Of a DNA stretch of 64,000 nt, positions 27,829-37,843 are shown one piece after another; positions within the stretch are counted from its first letter, which is position 1, and every line of letters begins with the position of its first letter. This DNA is from a virus (lineage: Duplodnaviria > Caudoviricetes). The notes below the pieces were generated by a model. The model searched no databases and was not told the DNA's origin. It saw only the letters and a list, made by a program, of their open reading frames with translations. The translations under genes and the position numbers were made by a program. Location: the IMG/VR virus record IMGVR_UViG_3300020469_000008, positions 32,001-96,000 of that record. One strand, 5' to 3'.

Positions 27829-30800
27829 ATGGCAGAGCAAACATTTAGATCTCCGGGTTTTTTCGAACGTGAGATTGATTTAACTCAGAGAACAGTAGAA
27901 ATCGAAGGTGTACCTGCAGGGATTATTGGGACTGCCGCCCAAGGTCCAGCATTTGTTCCTGTCACACTAGGATCATTTGTTGATTTTGAAAGGAAATTCG
28001 GTTCACTTGATAAAGATAAGTTTGGACCGTACGCGGTAAGAGAATGGTTAAAAAATAGGACAGCTGTCACTTACATCAGAGTTTTAGGTGCTGGTGCTGC
28101 AAATTCAACAGGCGATATTAACAATACGCTTACAAAAGGAATTGTGAAGAATGCTGGTTTTTTAATAAAAGGTACAAAGGTCAATTCAAGAGACGGAACA
28201 GACGCGCGTCACGAGGGCAGTATACAATTTATTGTTGCTTCTCACGATGTTAACGAAAACGAAGTTGCGGGTTATCCTTTATTCACTGATAGTGATTCTT
28301 TTGATACATCAACATCAATAAGAATAGTAAGAGGTATGCTTTTCACAGCAACCGGATCCAGATTTCAAGTTTTGGATCACGACAAATTCTACAGCGCTGT
28401 AAACGCATCTGATGATTTAGCAAAAATTAAACAATACGCAGGTGTTACAACTGACGGTACTTTTAAACTGGTTTTGTCAAGTGCTATTGGTGCTAATTTT
28501 GGTAATGACGAAGGAAATGCAGGAATCAGAATATATACAGCCTCATTAAATCCTACTAGTAATCATTACGTTGGTAAGTTTTTAAATAAAAATCCAGATA
28601 AGTTTGGATCACAGCAACATTTGTTTTATGCAGACTTTGCTGTAGAAGATGAGCTAGCACGTGTTACATACAATGCGTCAAAAGGAACAGTGGGTATTGT
28701 ATCCGGGTCTGCACGAACAAGCGGAAATAGTGGCGATTCGGCCTTGAGCTTTAGAGACGCTTTTGGTAGATTTGATACGCGATACAAAACAGCAAGAACT
28801 ACATCATTTATTTCGCAGCCTTACGGCCTTAGAGAATATGACTTGTTTCATTTTGAATCACTTGATGATGGTGCTGTAGGTAACAAAAGAGTCAAAATAT
28901 CAATTTCAAACATTAAAAGATCTACCAATAAAAGGACAGACTTCGGGTCGTTTACAGTTTTAGTTAGAGATTATAATGATACTGACACAGACATGCGAAT
29001 ACTTGAGCAGTTTCCTCTTTGCACATTAAATCCGAAAGACGAGAACTATGTAGCAAACAAAATTGGTGACATGAAAGTTTTCTACAATTTTGACGCAGAG
29101 ACTGAATCTGAAAGAAGACTTAACGTCGAAGGTAAAAGACCTAACCGGTCTCAGTATGTAAGAATTGTGATGCACAAAGATGTTGAAGAGTTTTTGATTC
29201 CTGAAAACACATTACCTTTTGGCTTTAGAGGTATGCCACTATTAAAAACAAATGATAGTTTGACAGATAGTGACAGCGCACTAGCGGGAGGCTCTAGAAC
29301 AGTTGGTGGTCGTCATAGACTTTCACTATTAACCGGTTCTTCAGGTGTCGCAGGTGAAGACTTAGTACAGTCTATCTTACCACCCGTACCATTTAGATTT
29401 AAAACTACAAGAGGTGCTGTGGCGAGAGCTACAAATCCAGGATTTACCGGTCAACCCGGAGCACTTGAACTTAGCGATAACAGATACTTCTGGGGTGTTA
29501 AGCTCGAAAAATTAGCGCTCACAGGTACTGTTGGTGACGCAATATTACAGTCTAATGCTTCATCAACAAAGAATCCACTTGTAGAAAGTTATAGTAAATT
29601 TTTAGGAATATCAAAGTTAGATACACTACTCACCGGATCAGCCGCTGATGTGTTTAACAATAATAAATTTAGTTTGTCAAAAGTAGCATTATTTAATCAG
29701 ATTGCAACAACATCGACAATTGAAGCTTCTATAGCAAGCGCAATAACAGGTTCAGCAAATGATCATATGAAAGAAGCAGCATACTTAAGAAATGGTGTTA
29801 ATGAAACAAAGAACTATACTATACTCGATGACAATGGAAGTATTCAAAGGGTGACATTTGCAACTCTTGCAGCATCAAGAAACGCTAAATATTTTAATCG
29901 ATTTATAGATTATGCTAAATTTACTAACATAATGTATGGTGGTTTTGACGGTCTAAATATTTTAGATTCTGACAACCGCTTAATGAATGACAGGGCATCA
30001 TCAGTTGACGCTCAAGGGAAAGCAAATAAAAGTAATGGTACATTTACGCACGAAAATCTAAACGCAGTGTCAAGTCCTGGAACTGGAAAAGATAATAACA
30101 TAGTTAATTCATATAGAACTGCAGCAAGAATCATTACTGATCCTTTTGCGTCAAGAGTTAATATTGTGTCAATACCTGGCATTAGAGAACCTTTTGTTAC
30201 AGACTTTGTGTCAGATCTTACACGTGATTATAGTAAAGCGATTTATTTGATGGAATTACCTTCTTATGACGATAATAGTAATCGAATTTACGGTACACAA
30301 AGACCAAGCGTTCGCGAAACTGTTGAAGTTTTTGATGCACGTGCAATTGATAATAGCTATGTAGCGACATACTTTCCAGATGTGGCGTTTAACGATGAAG
30401 TAAACAGACAAATTGTTGATCTGCCGGCTTCGATCGCTGCTTTAAAAGCATTAGGGTATAACGATACTATCGCTTATCCTTGGTTTGCACCTGCAGGATT
30501 TAACAGGGGTGCTTTAGGTAATGTTGTGAATACAAAAGTTAGACTAAATGCAGAAGACAGGAACATTCTTTACGAATCAAGAATTAATCCAATTGCAAAC
30601 TTTCCTAACGGCGGGTTTGTTATTTTTGGTCAAAAGACACTGCAACAAGATAGATCAGCACTGGATAGAGTTAACGTAAGAAGAATGTTACTTGAAGTGA
30701 AAAGAATCGTATCAAACATCGCAAACAACTTAATTTTTGAACAAAACACACCGCAAACTCGTGCAAGATTTGTTGCAGAAGTAACACCACAACTCGCAAC

Positions 30801-30978
30801 AATACAAATTCAGCAAGGTATCGACCAATTTAAAGTTGTTATGGATAGTAGCAACAACACTGATTTAGATATCGAACAGAATAGATTAAATGGTAGAATT
30901 GTTTTAGTTCCGACACGAGCTGTAGAATTTATTGCAATTGATTTCATTATTACGAATTCAGGTGTAAGTTTCGAATAA
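27829..30978 (+). CDS. tail sheath protein 1 (T4 gp18-like)
   Basis: SPGFFEREIDLT, GPAFVP, PWFAPAGFNRG, FGQKTLQ, LDRVNVRRML, EFIAIDF. Confidence 0.92.
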   Translation: MAEQTFRSPGFFEREIDLTQRTVEIEGVPAGIIGTAAQGPAFVPVTLGSFVDFERKFGSLDKDKFGPYAVREWLKNRTAVTYIRVLGAGAANSTGDINNTLTKGIVKNAGFLIKGTKVNSRDGTDARHEGSIQFIVASHDVNENEVAGYPLFTDSDSFDTSTSIRIVRGMLFTATGSRFQVLDHDKFYSAVNASDDLAKIKQYAGVTTDGTFKLVLSSAIGANFGNDEGNAGIRIYTASLNPTSNHYVGKFLNKNPDKFGSQQHLFYADFAVEDELARVTYNASKGTVGIVSGSARTSGNSGDSALSFRDAFGRFDTRYKTARTTSFISQPYGLREYDLFHFESLDDGAVGNKRVKISISNIKRSTNKRTDFGSFTVLVRDYNDTDTDMRILEQFPLCTLNPKDENYVANKIGDMKVFYNFDAETESERRLNVEGKRPNRSQYVRIVMHKDVEEFLIPENTLPFGFRGMPLLKTNDSLTDSDSALAGGSRTVGGRHRLSLLTGSSGVAGEDLVQSILPPVPFRFKTTRGAVARATNPGFTGQPGALELSDNRYFWGVKLEKLALTGTVGDAILQSNASSTKNPLVESYSKFLGISKLDTLLTGSAADVFNNNKFSLSKVALFNQIATTSTIEASIASAITGSANDHMKEAAYLRNGVNETKNYTILDDNGSIQRVTFATLAASRNAKYFNRFIDYAKFTNIMYGGFDGLNILDSDNRLMNDRASSVDAQGKANKSNGTFTHENLNAVSSPGTGKDNNIVNSYRTAARIITDPFASRVNIVSIPGIREPFVTDFVSDLTRDYSKAIYLMELPSYDDNSNRIYGTQRPSVRETVEVFDARAIDNSYVATYFPDVAFNDEVNRQIVDLPASIAALKALGYNDTIAYPWFAPAGFNRGALGNVVNTKVRLNAEDRNILYESRINPIANFPNGGFVIFGQKTLQQDRSALDRVNVRRMLLEVKRIVSNIANNLIFEQNTPQTRARFVAEVTPQLATIQIQQGIDQFKVVMDSSNNTDLDIEQNRLNGRIVLVPTRAVEFIAIDFIITNSGVSFE

Positions 30979-31000
30979 TTAAGATAAACGGAGAAATTTT

Positions 31001-33994
31001 ATGGCAGAAATAACATTTAAGTCAGCAGGAGTAAAAACTAGAGAAATTGACTTGTCACAACCGTCAAGGTTAGGACCGGTCGGTATTCCTGCAGGTATTA
31101 TTGGAACCGCACTTGAAGGTCCCGCTTTTGTACCACTTACTTTTGCAAATTATAATGATTTCATTACCACATATGGTGCTTCTGATGGTGAAAAATTTGG
31201 ACCTATAGCTGTAAGTCAGTGGCTTAAAAATGCACAAGCTGTGACATACATGAGAGTATTAGGATCCGGTGATGGGAAACAAAGAAATACAAACGGTACT
31301 GTTACAAACGCTGGATTTACAGTTGGAAATAGAATTGTTCAAGAAAGTGGCATAATAGGCGACAATGCACATGCAAAATCTGGTGTTGGTGCTGTTGAAG
31401 GTAGAACTTATTTTCTTGGTTGCTTTATGTCTGAGTCTAATGGCTCGACAATATTTAGTGACGCAGGAATTCAAGTTTCTGGGCAAAATAAAGCAGCACC
31501 TATTTTAAGAGGCGTTCTATTAGCACCAAGTGGTGTAGTTTTACATTTAAGTGCGTCAAGGACTCTAAACGGAAGCCAGGCACCACTTAAAACAAACACT
31601 GCCACATCTGCAGATAATGTAATAGTGGGTAGAGAAGGATCGATTACCGGTTCCTTGAATCTTGCAACGCAAGAGTTTGTTTTATTAATGAACGGATACA
31701 GTAATTCTGATGTTAGCAAAAAGACACATATAACAGCGTCATTTGATATGACATCACCAAATTACTTTGCAAATATTTTAAATACAAATCCTTTTAAAAT
31801 TGAAGAAGAAGGCCACTTACTGTATGGTCATTATGACATATATCCTGATTTAGCATCTGTTACTGGTAGCGGTGCACTAGCTGGAGGTGTTTATTCTAAT
31901 CCAGAAAAAACAAAAGAAGATATTGCATTGTTGTTAACATCATCTTTAGCTAGGAACGTAGGATCATCGACTATACCTAATTACGAAGACTTTGTAGATA
32001 GATTTTCTCACGCTGCATCGCCTTTTGTTATATCACAAAATTTTGCAGGAACTCCTAAAAATCTATTTAGAATTCATATGTTGTCTGCAGGTTCTGGTGT
32101 CGCAAATAAATTTAAGTTTTCAATTGAGAATATAAGAAAATCATCATCAACAAAAAATCTTTACGGTACTTTCGATCTACTTGTCAGGAGTTTTAGTGAT
32201 ACTGACGAAGAGCCAAGAGTAATCGAATCGTTCAGAGGCTTAAGTTTAGATCCAACTTCAGATCGATATATTGCAAGAGTTATTGGTGATCAAAACATAC
32301 AATACAATTTTGATGTTGCTGAAACAAGTCAAAAACTAATTGTTGAAGGTAATCACCCAGTTAGATCTAGGTTTATTCGGGTTGCGATTGCTAATGACGT
32401 TTCAACAGGTATTGAAGAAGCTACCGCTTTACCTATGGGTTTTAGAGGCCCTAATCACTTAGTAACAAGTGGTTCTTTACTTTCTAATGAAGTTGACAAT
32501 GCTTATGTCACGTCAACATCAGTACAATCTATAACCGAACCACCAATACCTTATAGAAAGACAGTTTCAGTAGGTACAGGTATACAGAAAAAATCAGACA
32601 GTCGATTATTTTGGGGAGTTAATACTGTAAGACAAACAAGTGCAACTCAACCAAACTTAGCTAGTTTGTTCAATAGATCTTTTAACACGTATTCAAAACA
32701 TTTTCCTACGCATAGAACTGATCAACCTAATTTTTCTGTCGGTAATAACCCAGGCACAGCTGATGCTGGAGGGGCCATTCTAGATTGTGACAGATTTAAT
32801 AATAATAAGTTTAGTTTAGAAAATATTCTTGTTCGAACAGGATCTGATGGTTTAGCTGATCCGGAACATTGGCTTAGCGCTTCATTTCTAAGAAGAAACA
32901 GTACTGTTGGTGACATTAATCACGTCACAAAAGTAAGAGGTTTTTCTGTTGACGATTTAGGTAAAGTAGCTAATATTAAGTTTGCTAAATTTACTTTCTT
33001 TGCACAAGGTGGTTCTGACGGTGTTAATATTTTCGATGAAGAAAAAAGCAAATTGTCAAACACAGCTGTTAAAAGAGAAATGGATGATTCATCATCATCA
33101 GGTGTAAATGACAATACAGTTGCTGCATATAGAAAAGCATTAAGTGTAATGAACTCCAAAGCTGACGTTGATATACAGGTACTCGCAGTACCGGGTATTA
33201 GACATGCATCAGTAACAGATTTTGCAATACAAAAAACTGAAGATCGTTTTGATGCAATCTACATTATGGACATTGAAGAGAGAGATCAAGTTAATACTGT
33301 TATAACTTCGTCTATACAAAAACCACATGTTTCAAACACAGTGACATCTTTTAAAAATAGAGCACTTGATACTTCATTTGCAGCTGCATACTTTCCAGAT
33401 GTTGTTGTGACTGATCCTTCTACACAAACATTAGTTCAAGTTCCACCATCAGTTGCAGTCTTAGGCGCTTACTCTTTAAACGATAGAGTTGCTCATCCTT
33501 GGTTTGCACCAGCTGGATTTACAAGAGGCGCGTTAAACACAGTTGAAATGCCTTCTGTAAAGTTAAATCGCACAAACCTTGATGATTTGTATGAAGCTGA
33601 TATAAATCCAATTGCAGAATTCCCAGGTGTTGGTATCACTATCTGGGGACAAAAAACACTGCAAGCTGACAATTCTGCACTAGATAGAATCAATGTTAGA
33701 AGACTTTTAATTGATGTTCGTAGAAAAATTAGAAATATTGCAAATTCACTTCTATTTGAACCTAATAGAGAAGAGACACTTGAGAGGTTTACGTCATTAG
33801 TTAACCCAATTCTACAAAGAATTCAAGAACAAAGTGGTGTTGATAGATTCAAGGCAGTGATTGACACATCAACGACAACACAGGCTGATGTAGAAAATAA
33901 CACTATTCGTGGTAAGATATTCTTACAACCTACACGTTCCGTTGAGTTTGTAGCACTAGATTTTGTAGTAACAAATGCTGGTTCAAATATTTAG
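31001..33994 (+). CDS. tail sheath protein 2 (T4 gp18-like)
   Basis: SAGVKTREIDLS, GPAFVP, PWFAPAGFTRG, WGQKTLQ, LDRINVRRLL, EFVALDF. Confidence 0.92.
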   Translation: MAEITFKSAGVKTREIDLSQPSRLGPVGIPAGIIGTALEGPAFVPLTFANYNDFITTYGASDGEKFGPIAVSQWLKNAQAVTYMRVLGSGDGKQRNTNGTVTNAGFTVGNRIVQESGIIGDNAHAKSGVGAVEGRTYFLGCFMSESNGSTIFSDAGIQVSGQNKAAPILRGVLLAPSGVVLHLSASRTLNGSQAPLKTNTATSADNVIVGREGSITGSLNLATQEFVLLMNGYSNSDVSKKTHITASFDMTSPNYFANILNTNPFKIEEEGHLLYGHYDIYPDLASVTGSGALAGGVYSNPEKTKEDIALLLTSSLARNVGSSTIPNYEDFVDRFSHAASPFVISQNFAGTPKNLFRIHMLSAGSGVANKFKFSIENIRKSSSTKNLYGTFDLLVRSFSDTDEEPRVIESFRGLSLDPTSDRYIARVIGDQNIQYNFDVAETSQKLIVEGNHPVRSRFIRVAIANDVSTGIEEATALPMGFRGPNHLVTSGSLLSNEVDNAYVTSTSVQSITEPPIPYRKTVSVGTGIQKKSDSRLFWGVNTVRQTSATQPNLASLFNRSFNTYSKHFPTHRTDQPNFSVGNNPGTADAGGAILDCDRFNNNKFSLENILVRTGSDGLADPEHWLSASFLRRNSTVGDINHVTKVRGFSVDDLGKVANIKFAKFTFFAQGGSDGVNIFDEEKSKLSNTAVKREMDDSSSSGVNDNTVAAYRKALSVMNSKADVDIQVLAVPGIRHASVTDFAIQKTEDRFDAIYIMDIEERDQVNTVITSSIQKPHVSNTVTSFKNRALDTSFAAAYFPDVVVTDPSTQTLVQVPPSVAVLGAYSLNDRVAHPWFAPAGFTRGALNTVEMPSVKLNRTNLDDLYEADINPIAEFPGVGITIWGQKTLQADNSALDRINVRRLLIDVRRKIRNIANSLLFEPNREETLERFTSLVNPILQRIQEQSGVDRFKAVIDTSTTTQADVENNTIRGKIFLQPTRSVEFVALDFVVTNAGSNI

Positions 33995-34029
33995 TGAATA
34001 GATATATAGTATAGATTAAGGAGATTAAA

Positions 34030-34521
34030 ATGGCAGAAACACTAGCAGTCACGGACATGTTACCAAATAAGTTTGAGCCGAAAAGAGGTTATCGATGGGT
34101 TTTAGCAATTGAAGGTATTGACTCGTTCTTAGTAACATCAACAAAACGCCCGGACGTATCGATGGGGACACAGGAAATAAAATTTATCAACAGCTATCGC
34201 ATGATATCAGACGGTAAGATTAAGTGGGGTAGCATTAGCGTCGACTTACATGATCCTATCGCACCATCTGGTGCACAGCAAGTAATGGAGTGGATTAGAA
34301 CACACTATGAGTCTGTTTCTGGCCGTGCAGGTTACGCTGATTTTTATAAGCGTGATATTCAGCTAAAAATGTTAGACCCAATCGGTACTGTTGTAGAATT
34401 ATGGGACATCAAAGGCGCAATCATTGCTAGTGCAAACTTTGGAAGCTTAAGTTATGATGGAACTGATTTAATGAAGATTAGTCTTACACTAGAAGTTGAC
34501 AATTGTGTTATGCAATTCTAA
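34030..34521 (+). CDS. tail tube protein (T4 gp19-like)
   Basis: 163 aa after the sheaths; FEPKRGYRW, DPIAPSGAQQVMEWIR, YKRDIQLKMLDPIG. Confidence 0.85.
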   Translation: MAETLAVTDMLPNKFEPKRGYRWVLAIEGIDSFLVTSTKRPDVSMGTQEIKFINSYRMISDGKIKWGSISVDLHDPIAPSGAQQVMEWIRTHYESVSGRAGYADFYKRDIQLKMLDPIGTVVELWDIKGAIIASANFGSLSYDGTDLMKISLTLEVDNCVMQF

Positions 34522-34530
34522 TTAATTATA

Positions 34531-34559
34531 TTAACAACGAACAAAGACTCCTGTACAAT
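34531..34559 (+). promoter_or_regulatory. sigma70-like promoter embedded in a terminator
   Basis: TTAACA-17 nt-TACAAT. Confidence 0.45.
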
Positions 34560-34577
34560 ATACAGGAGTTTTTTTTT
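34547..34577 (+). terminator. intrinsic terminator after tail tube
   Basis: ACTCCTGTA-CAATA-TACAGGAGT perfect 9 bp stem followed by a T-run. Confidence 0.75.
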
Positions 34578-34587
34578 GGAGAAATTT

Positions 34588-35388
34588 ATGGACAAAAATA
34601 TACCAACAACAAATGTAATGAAAGATACTTTTGGGTGGGAAGTACCACAAGAACTAGTACCAATACCTTCTGAAGGTAAAATATACGACCCGAACAGTAC
34701 ATTGTATGGTAAGAAAACAGTTCAAATCAAGGCAATGACTGCAAAGGAAGAAGATATTCTTACTAGTCAAGCTTTTTTAAAAGAAGGTACTGTAATTGAA
34801 AATCTTATTAAGTCTTGTCTAATTGACGATACTTTTGACGTCAATGATCTAATTAATGGCGACAGAAATGCGATACTAGTTTCAGTTAGAATAACTGGGT
34901 ATGGAGGAGAGTACGCTGTCGTTCACGGGTGTGCTAAATGTTCTTCAAAAAATAATGTTGATGTTGATTTAGGTTCTTTAGCGATTAAAAGATTACAAAT
35001 TGAACCGGTTGAAGAAGGCAAAAATTTATTTATTTATGAACTACCTGTGACAAAAAAGAATGTTGTATTTAAGTTTTTGACAGGTAAAGATGAGAAAGAT
35101 GAAGAAGTAAGAGTTAAAAGAATGGAAGCTCTTAACATTCAACAAGATAATTCAGTTACAAGATATTTGGAACAAATAATTGTTTCTGTTGATGGTGTTA
35201 CAGACAAAAATAAGATTCATCATTTTGTTAAAAATATGCCTGCATTAGATTCAAGAAAATTAAGGATGTATTCTAAAAGTCAAGAACCAGGTATTGACAT
35301 GTCTTGGAAATACAATTGTGAAAGTTGTGGCCAGTCAAATGAGTTCACAGTCCCAATAACCCCAGAGTTTTTTTGGCCCAGTACATAG
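34588..35388 (+). CDS. tail/baseplate assembly chaperone (T4 gp26-like)
   Basis: VPIPSEG, IKAMTAKEEDIL, GDRNAILVSVRITGYG, two CxxC pairs, ends EFFWPST; between tube and tape measure. Confidence 0.7.
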   Translation: MDKNIPTTNVMKDTFGWEVPQELVPIPSEGKIYDPNSTLYGKKTVQIKAMTAKEEDILTSQAFLKEGTVIENLIKSCLIDDTFDVNDLINGDRNAILVSVRITGYGGEYAVVHGCAKCSSKNNVDVDLGSLAIKRLQIEPVEEGKNLFIYELPVTKKNVVFKFLTGKDEKDEEVRVKRMEALNIQQDNSVTRYLEQIIVSVDGVTDKNKIHHFVKNMPALDSRKLRMYSKSQEPGIDMSWKYNCESCGQSNEFTVPITPEFFWPST

Positions 35389-35632
35389 TTGGAGAGAATC
35401 AATCCTAGAGGAATTTTTCGCCCTCCAACTCCACCTCAATATGTCTTACTCAGAGGTGCACCGATTACCAATACGTTATCGGCGCTGGTTCCTGCGTAGA
35501 TTGACGCGACACTTTGCGGAAAAGAATAAAATACACGAAGAAGCAGTTTCTAAATCAACGTCATCAAGAAGCAGTGAAGATCTAGACAACTTCAACAAGT
35601 TTCAGAGTCAAGTTAACAAGAAGTTTTCTTAG
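35369..35632 (+). CDS. frameshift-accessed C-terminal extension of the tail chaperone (GT-like)
   Basis: +1 frame open from the T7 run: FFGPVHSWRESILEEFFALQLHLNMSYSEVHRLPIRYRRWFL...; no clear RBS before internal ATG 35441. Confidence 0.55.
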   Translation, partial: FFGPVHSWRESILEEFFALQLHLNMSYSEVHRLPIRYRRWFLRRLTRHFAEKNKIHEEAVSKSTSSRSSEDLDNFNKFQSQVNKKFS

Positions 35633-35660
35633 TAGATATTTATTATGTTGAGGTGTAAAT

Positions 35661-37616
35661 ATGGCGACTGGTGATAATACGGTATTAGGCGAAGTAACTT
35701 TAGGTGACTTTAAAGCTGCTGTGAAAGAAGCTGTAAAAAGCGGAGTGTCAGCAGGTGGTACAACATCAGATTCATCTGATATCTCTACTGATTTTGACTC
35801 AGATTCTCCGAGCTCCGAAGACAATGAACAGGAAAGAGCTGATAAAATTGCGGGTTACAAGAACCAGTTTTCAGCAATACTTGCAGATGCCGGCGTTGCG
35901 ACAGACGATTTTATTGGAAGAACTGGTAAAACACTTAGTCAATTTGCTGAAGAAATGTACGATTATCAGTTAAAAAGAGCTAATGCTAATAAAAAAGAGC
36001 TTGAATACATTTATAACGCAAGAAAAGAGATTGGTGGTATATCTATAATTCCTGATGAGCAAGGACAAATCGCAGAAGGCATTACCAAAAAAGTAATTGA
36101 TCAAGCTGAAGCAATGTTTCTCCGCGGTACTGATGCTTATGAGTCAACCGTTAAGTTCCAAGGTGCCCTAGCTAATTTTAAAGTAAGCGATCTCTTTGAA
36201 AATGCTGAAGAGATGATGGGTGCATACACAGAGTTAATGGGTCGATTTGTGACAGACATGCCTGGGATGGCAGCAAAACTAACAGACGATATGGCAGAAA
36301 CTTTTTTAGGCTTTCAAAAATCTCTTTCACTTTCTGAACAAGACATGTCTGATATTATAAAAAGACAATATGCGTTTACAGGTGAGGCTAATGCTGATGT
36401 ATTAGGCCAGATCGCTAATGTATCTAAAGAACTAGCTGATCAAGTCGGAACTGGTGCAAACAAGCTTAAGAAAGAAATTGTGGCAATTATTACAGATGTC
36501 GATAGATTTGGTAACATTGGTGTAGATGCTGCTGGTAGAATCTCTGCTGCTTTGGCACAAACCGGTGTGGATTTTAACTCGTTTGTAAGACTTACAGACC
36601 AATTTATGAGATTTGATACAGCAGCTGATAAAATGGGTGAGTTGTCTGCATTATTCGGTATTCAGATGGATGCAATGGAAATGACTTACTTGGCTAACGA
36701 AGATCAAGAAGAGTTTCTATTTAGAATGCGCGAAGAAATTATGGATTCTGGAGTTGATGTTGAAAATATGTCAAATGCACGTGCCAGAGCTCTTGCTGGA
36801 CAATTAAATATGAACGTTTCACAAATGAAAATGTTTTTACGTGAAGGCGAGATGGCGGTTGATCAAGCGCAAATGGAAGCAACTACTGATGCAACTGCAG
36901 ATATGGACGGATTGACAACAGCCGCACAGAATTTTGGTGATGTTTTTGCTAGCTCTGCAAAGGATGCCACAACAGCTTTTAAAGAAGCCATAATTCCTTC
37001 AATTATGGCGTCAAAAGCAGGTCTACTGGAAGCTCACAAGGCAACAGCAGAACTCGGCAAAGAAATGAGATCATTTGACTTTGATGAAGAAGCAACTGAA
37101 GCTATGCAAAAATCAATCCAGGCTGCGACTGAAGTTAGAGTTGGCGCAATAAATGCACAGACTGAAGCGACGATTGTAATGATGAATAAATTAAACAAAT
37201 TTGCATCTGAAGGTGTTGTACTTGCAGGAAAAGCTATTAAAGCTGGTGCTAATTTTGGAAAAGACGGTATTTACACAGGTCTGTCTATGACACAAGGTTT
37301 AGGTGGTGATGCAGTTAGGGTAGGGCAAGGTAGAGAAGTCACCGGTGAGACAGAAGCGTTAAATAAAGCCTCAATGGCTAAGGTGGAACAGGATGCAGAA
37401 TTAGTAGCAGCAATGAAAACAGTTGCTGCGGGTGAAGAACTACGTATAAAACAAGGTCAAGAAGGAAAATATGGATTTGATCAGGACGCACTAAAGCAAA
37501 TATCGGAAGTACCTATCACGATTCAAATTGACATTGACGGCGACAAAGTGGCTGAAAAGACAGCTCAAGTCTACAGAAGAAATGGAAAAGAGTTAGTTGT
37601 AGTTCCTGTTAAATAA
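35661..37616 (+). CDS. tape-measure-like protein
   Basis: Ala/Met/Gln-rich helical 651 aa protein between chaperone and baseplate; ATATTTA upstream. Confidence 0.6.
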   Translation: MATGDNTVLGEVTLGDFKAAVKEAVKSGVSAGGTTSDSSDISTDFDSDSPSSEDNEQERADKIAGYKNQFSAILADAGVATDDFIGRTGKTLSQFAEEMYDYQLKRANANKKELEYIYNARKEIGGISIIPDEQGQIAEGITKKVIDQAEAMFLRGTDAYESTVKFQGALANFKVSDLFENAEEMMGAYTELMGRFVTDMPGMAAKLTDDMAETFLGFQKSLSLSEQDMSDIIKRQYAFTGEANADVLGQIANVSKELADQVGTGANKLKKEIVAIITDVDRFGNIGVDAAGRISAALAQTGVDFNSFVRLTDQFMRFDTAADKMGELSALFGIQMDAMEMTYLANEDQEEFLFRMREEIMDSGVDVENMSNARARALAGQLNMNVSQMKMFLREGEMAVDQAQMEATTDATADMDGLTTAAQNFGDVFASSAKDATTAFKEAIIPSIMASKAGLLEAHKATAELGKEMRSFDFDEEATEAMQKSIQAATEVRVGAINAQTEATIVMMNKLNKFASEGVVLAGKAIKAGANFGKDGIYTGLSMTQGLGGDAVRVGQGREVTGETEALNKASMAKVEQDAELVAAMKTVAAGEELRIKQGQEGKYGFDQDALKQISEVPITIQIDIDGDKVAEKTAQVYRRNGKELVVVPVK

Positions 37617-37629
37617 ATGAGGTTTAAAG

Positions 37630-37842
37630 ATGAATAATACACACCAAACAATTAAAGATGAAATATACAGTTATATTACACAATTAGAATTAACCCCACA
37701 AGAACTTGATCATATCGATACTTATGTAAAAGATCTGCTGGTTTTTCTTGAACCTATAATAAACACTCAAGAAGCTGTAGTAAGTCAGCAAGAATCGTTT
37801 ACACAACTTAAAAAAATGATTTTAGACAATTTAGGAGTATAA
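37630..37842 (+). CDS. small hypothetical protein
   Basis: GAGG RBS; 70 aa; tightly packed. Confidence 0.6.
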   Translation: MNNTHQTIKDEIYSYITQLELTPQELDHIDTYVKDLLVFLEPIINTQEAVVSQQESFTQLKKMILDNLGV

Positions 37843-37843
37843 A

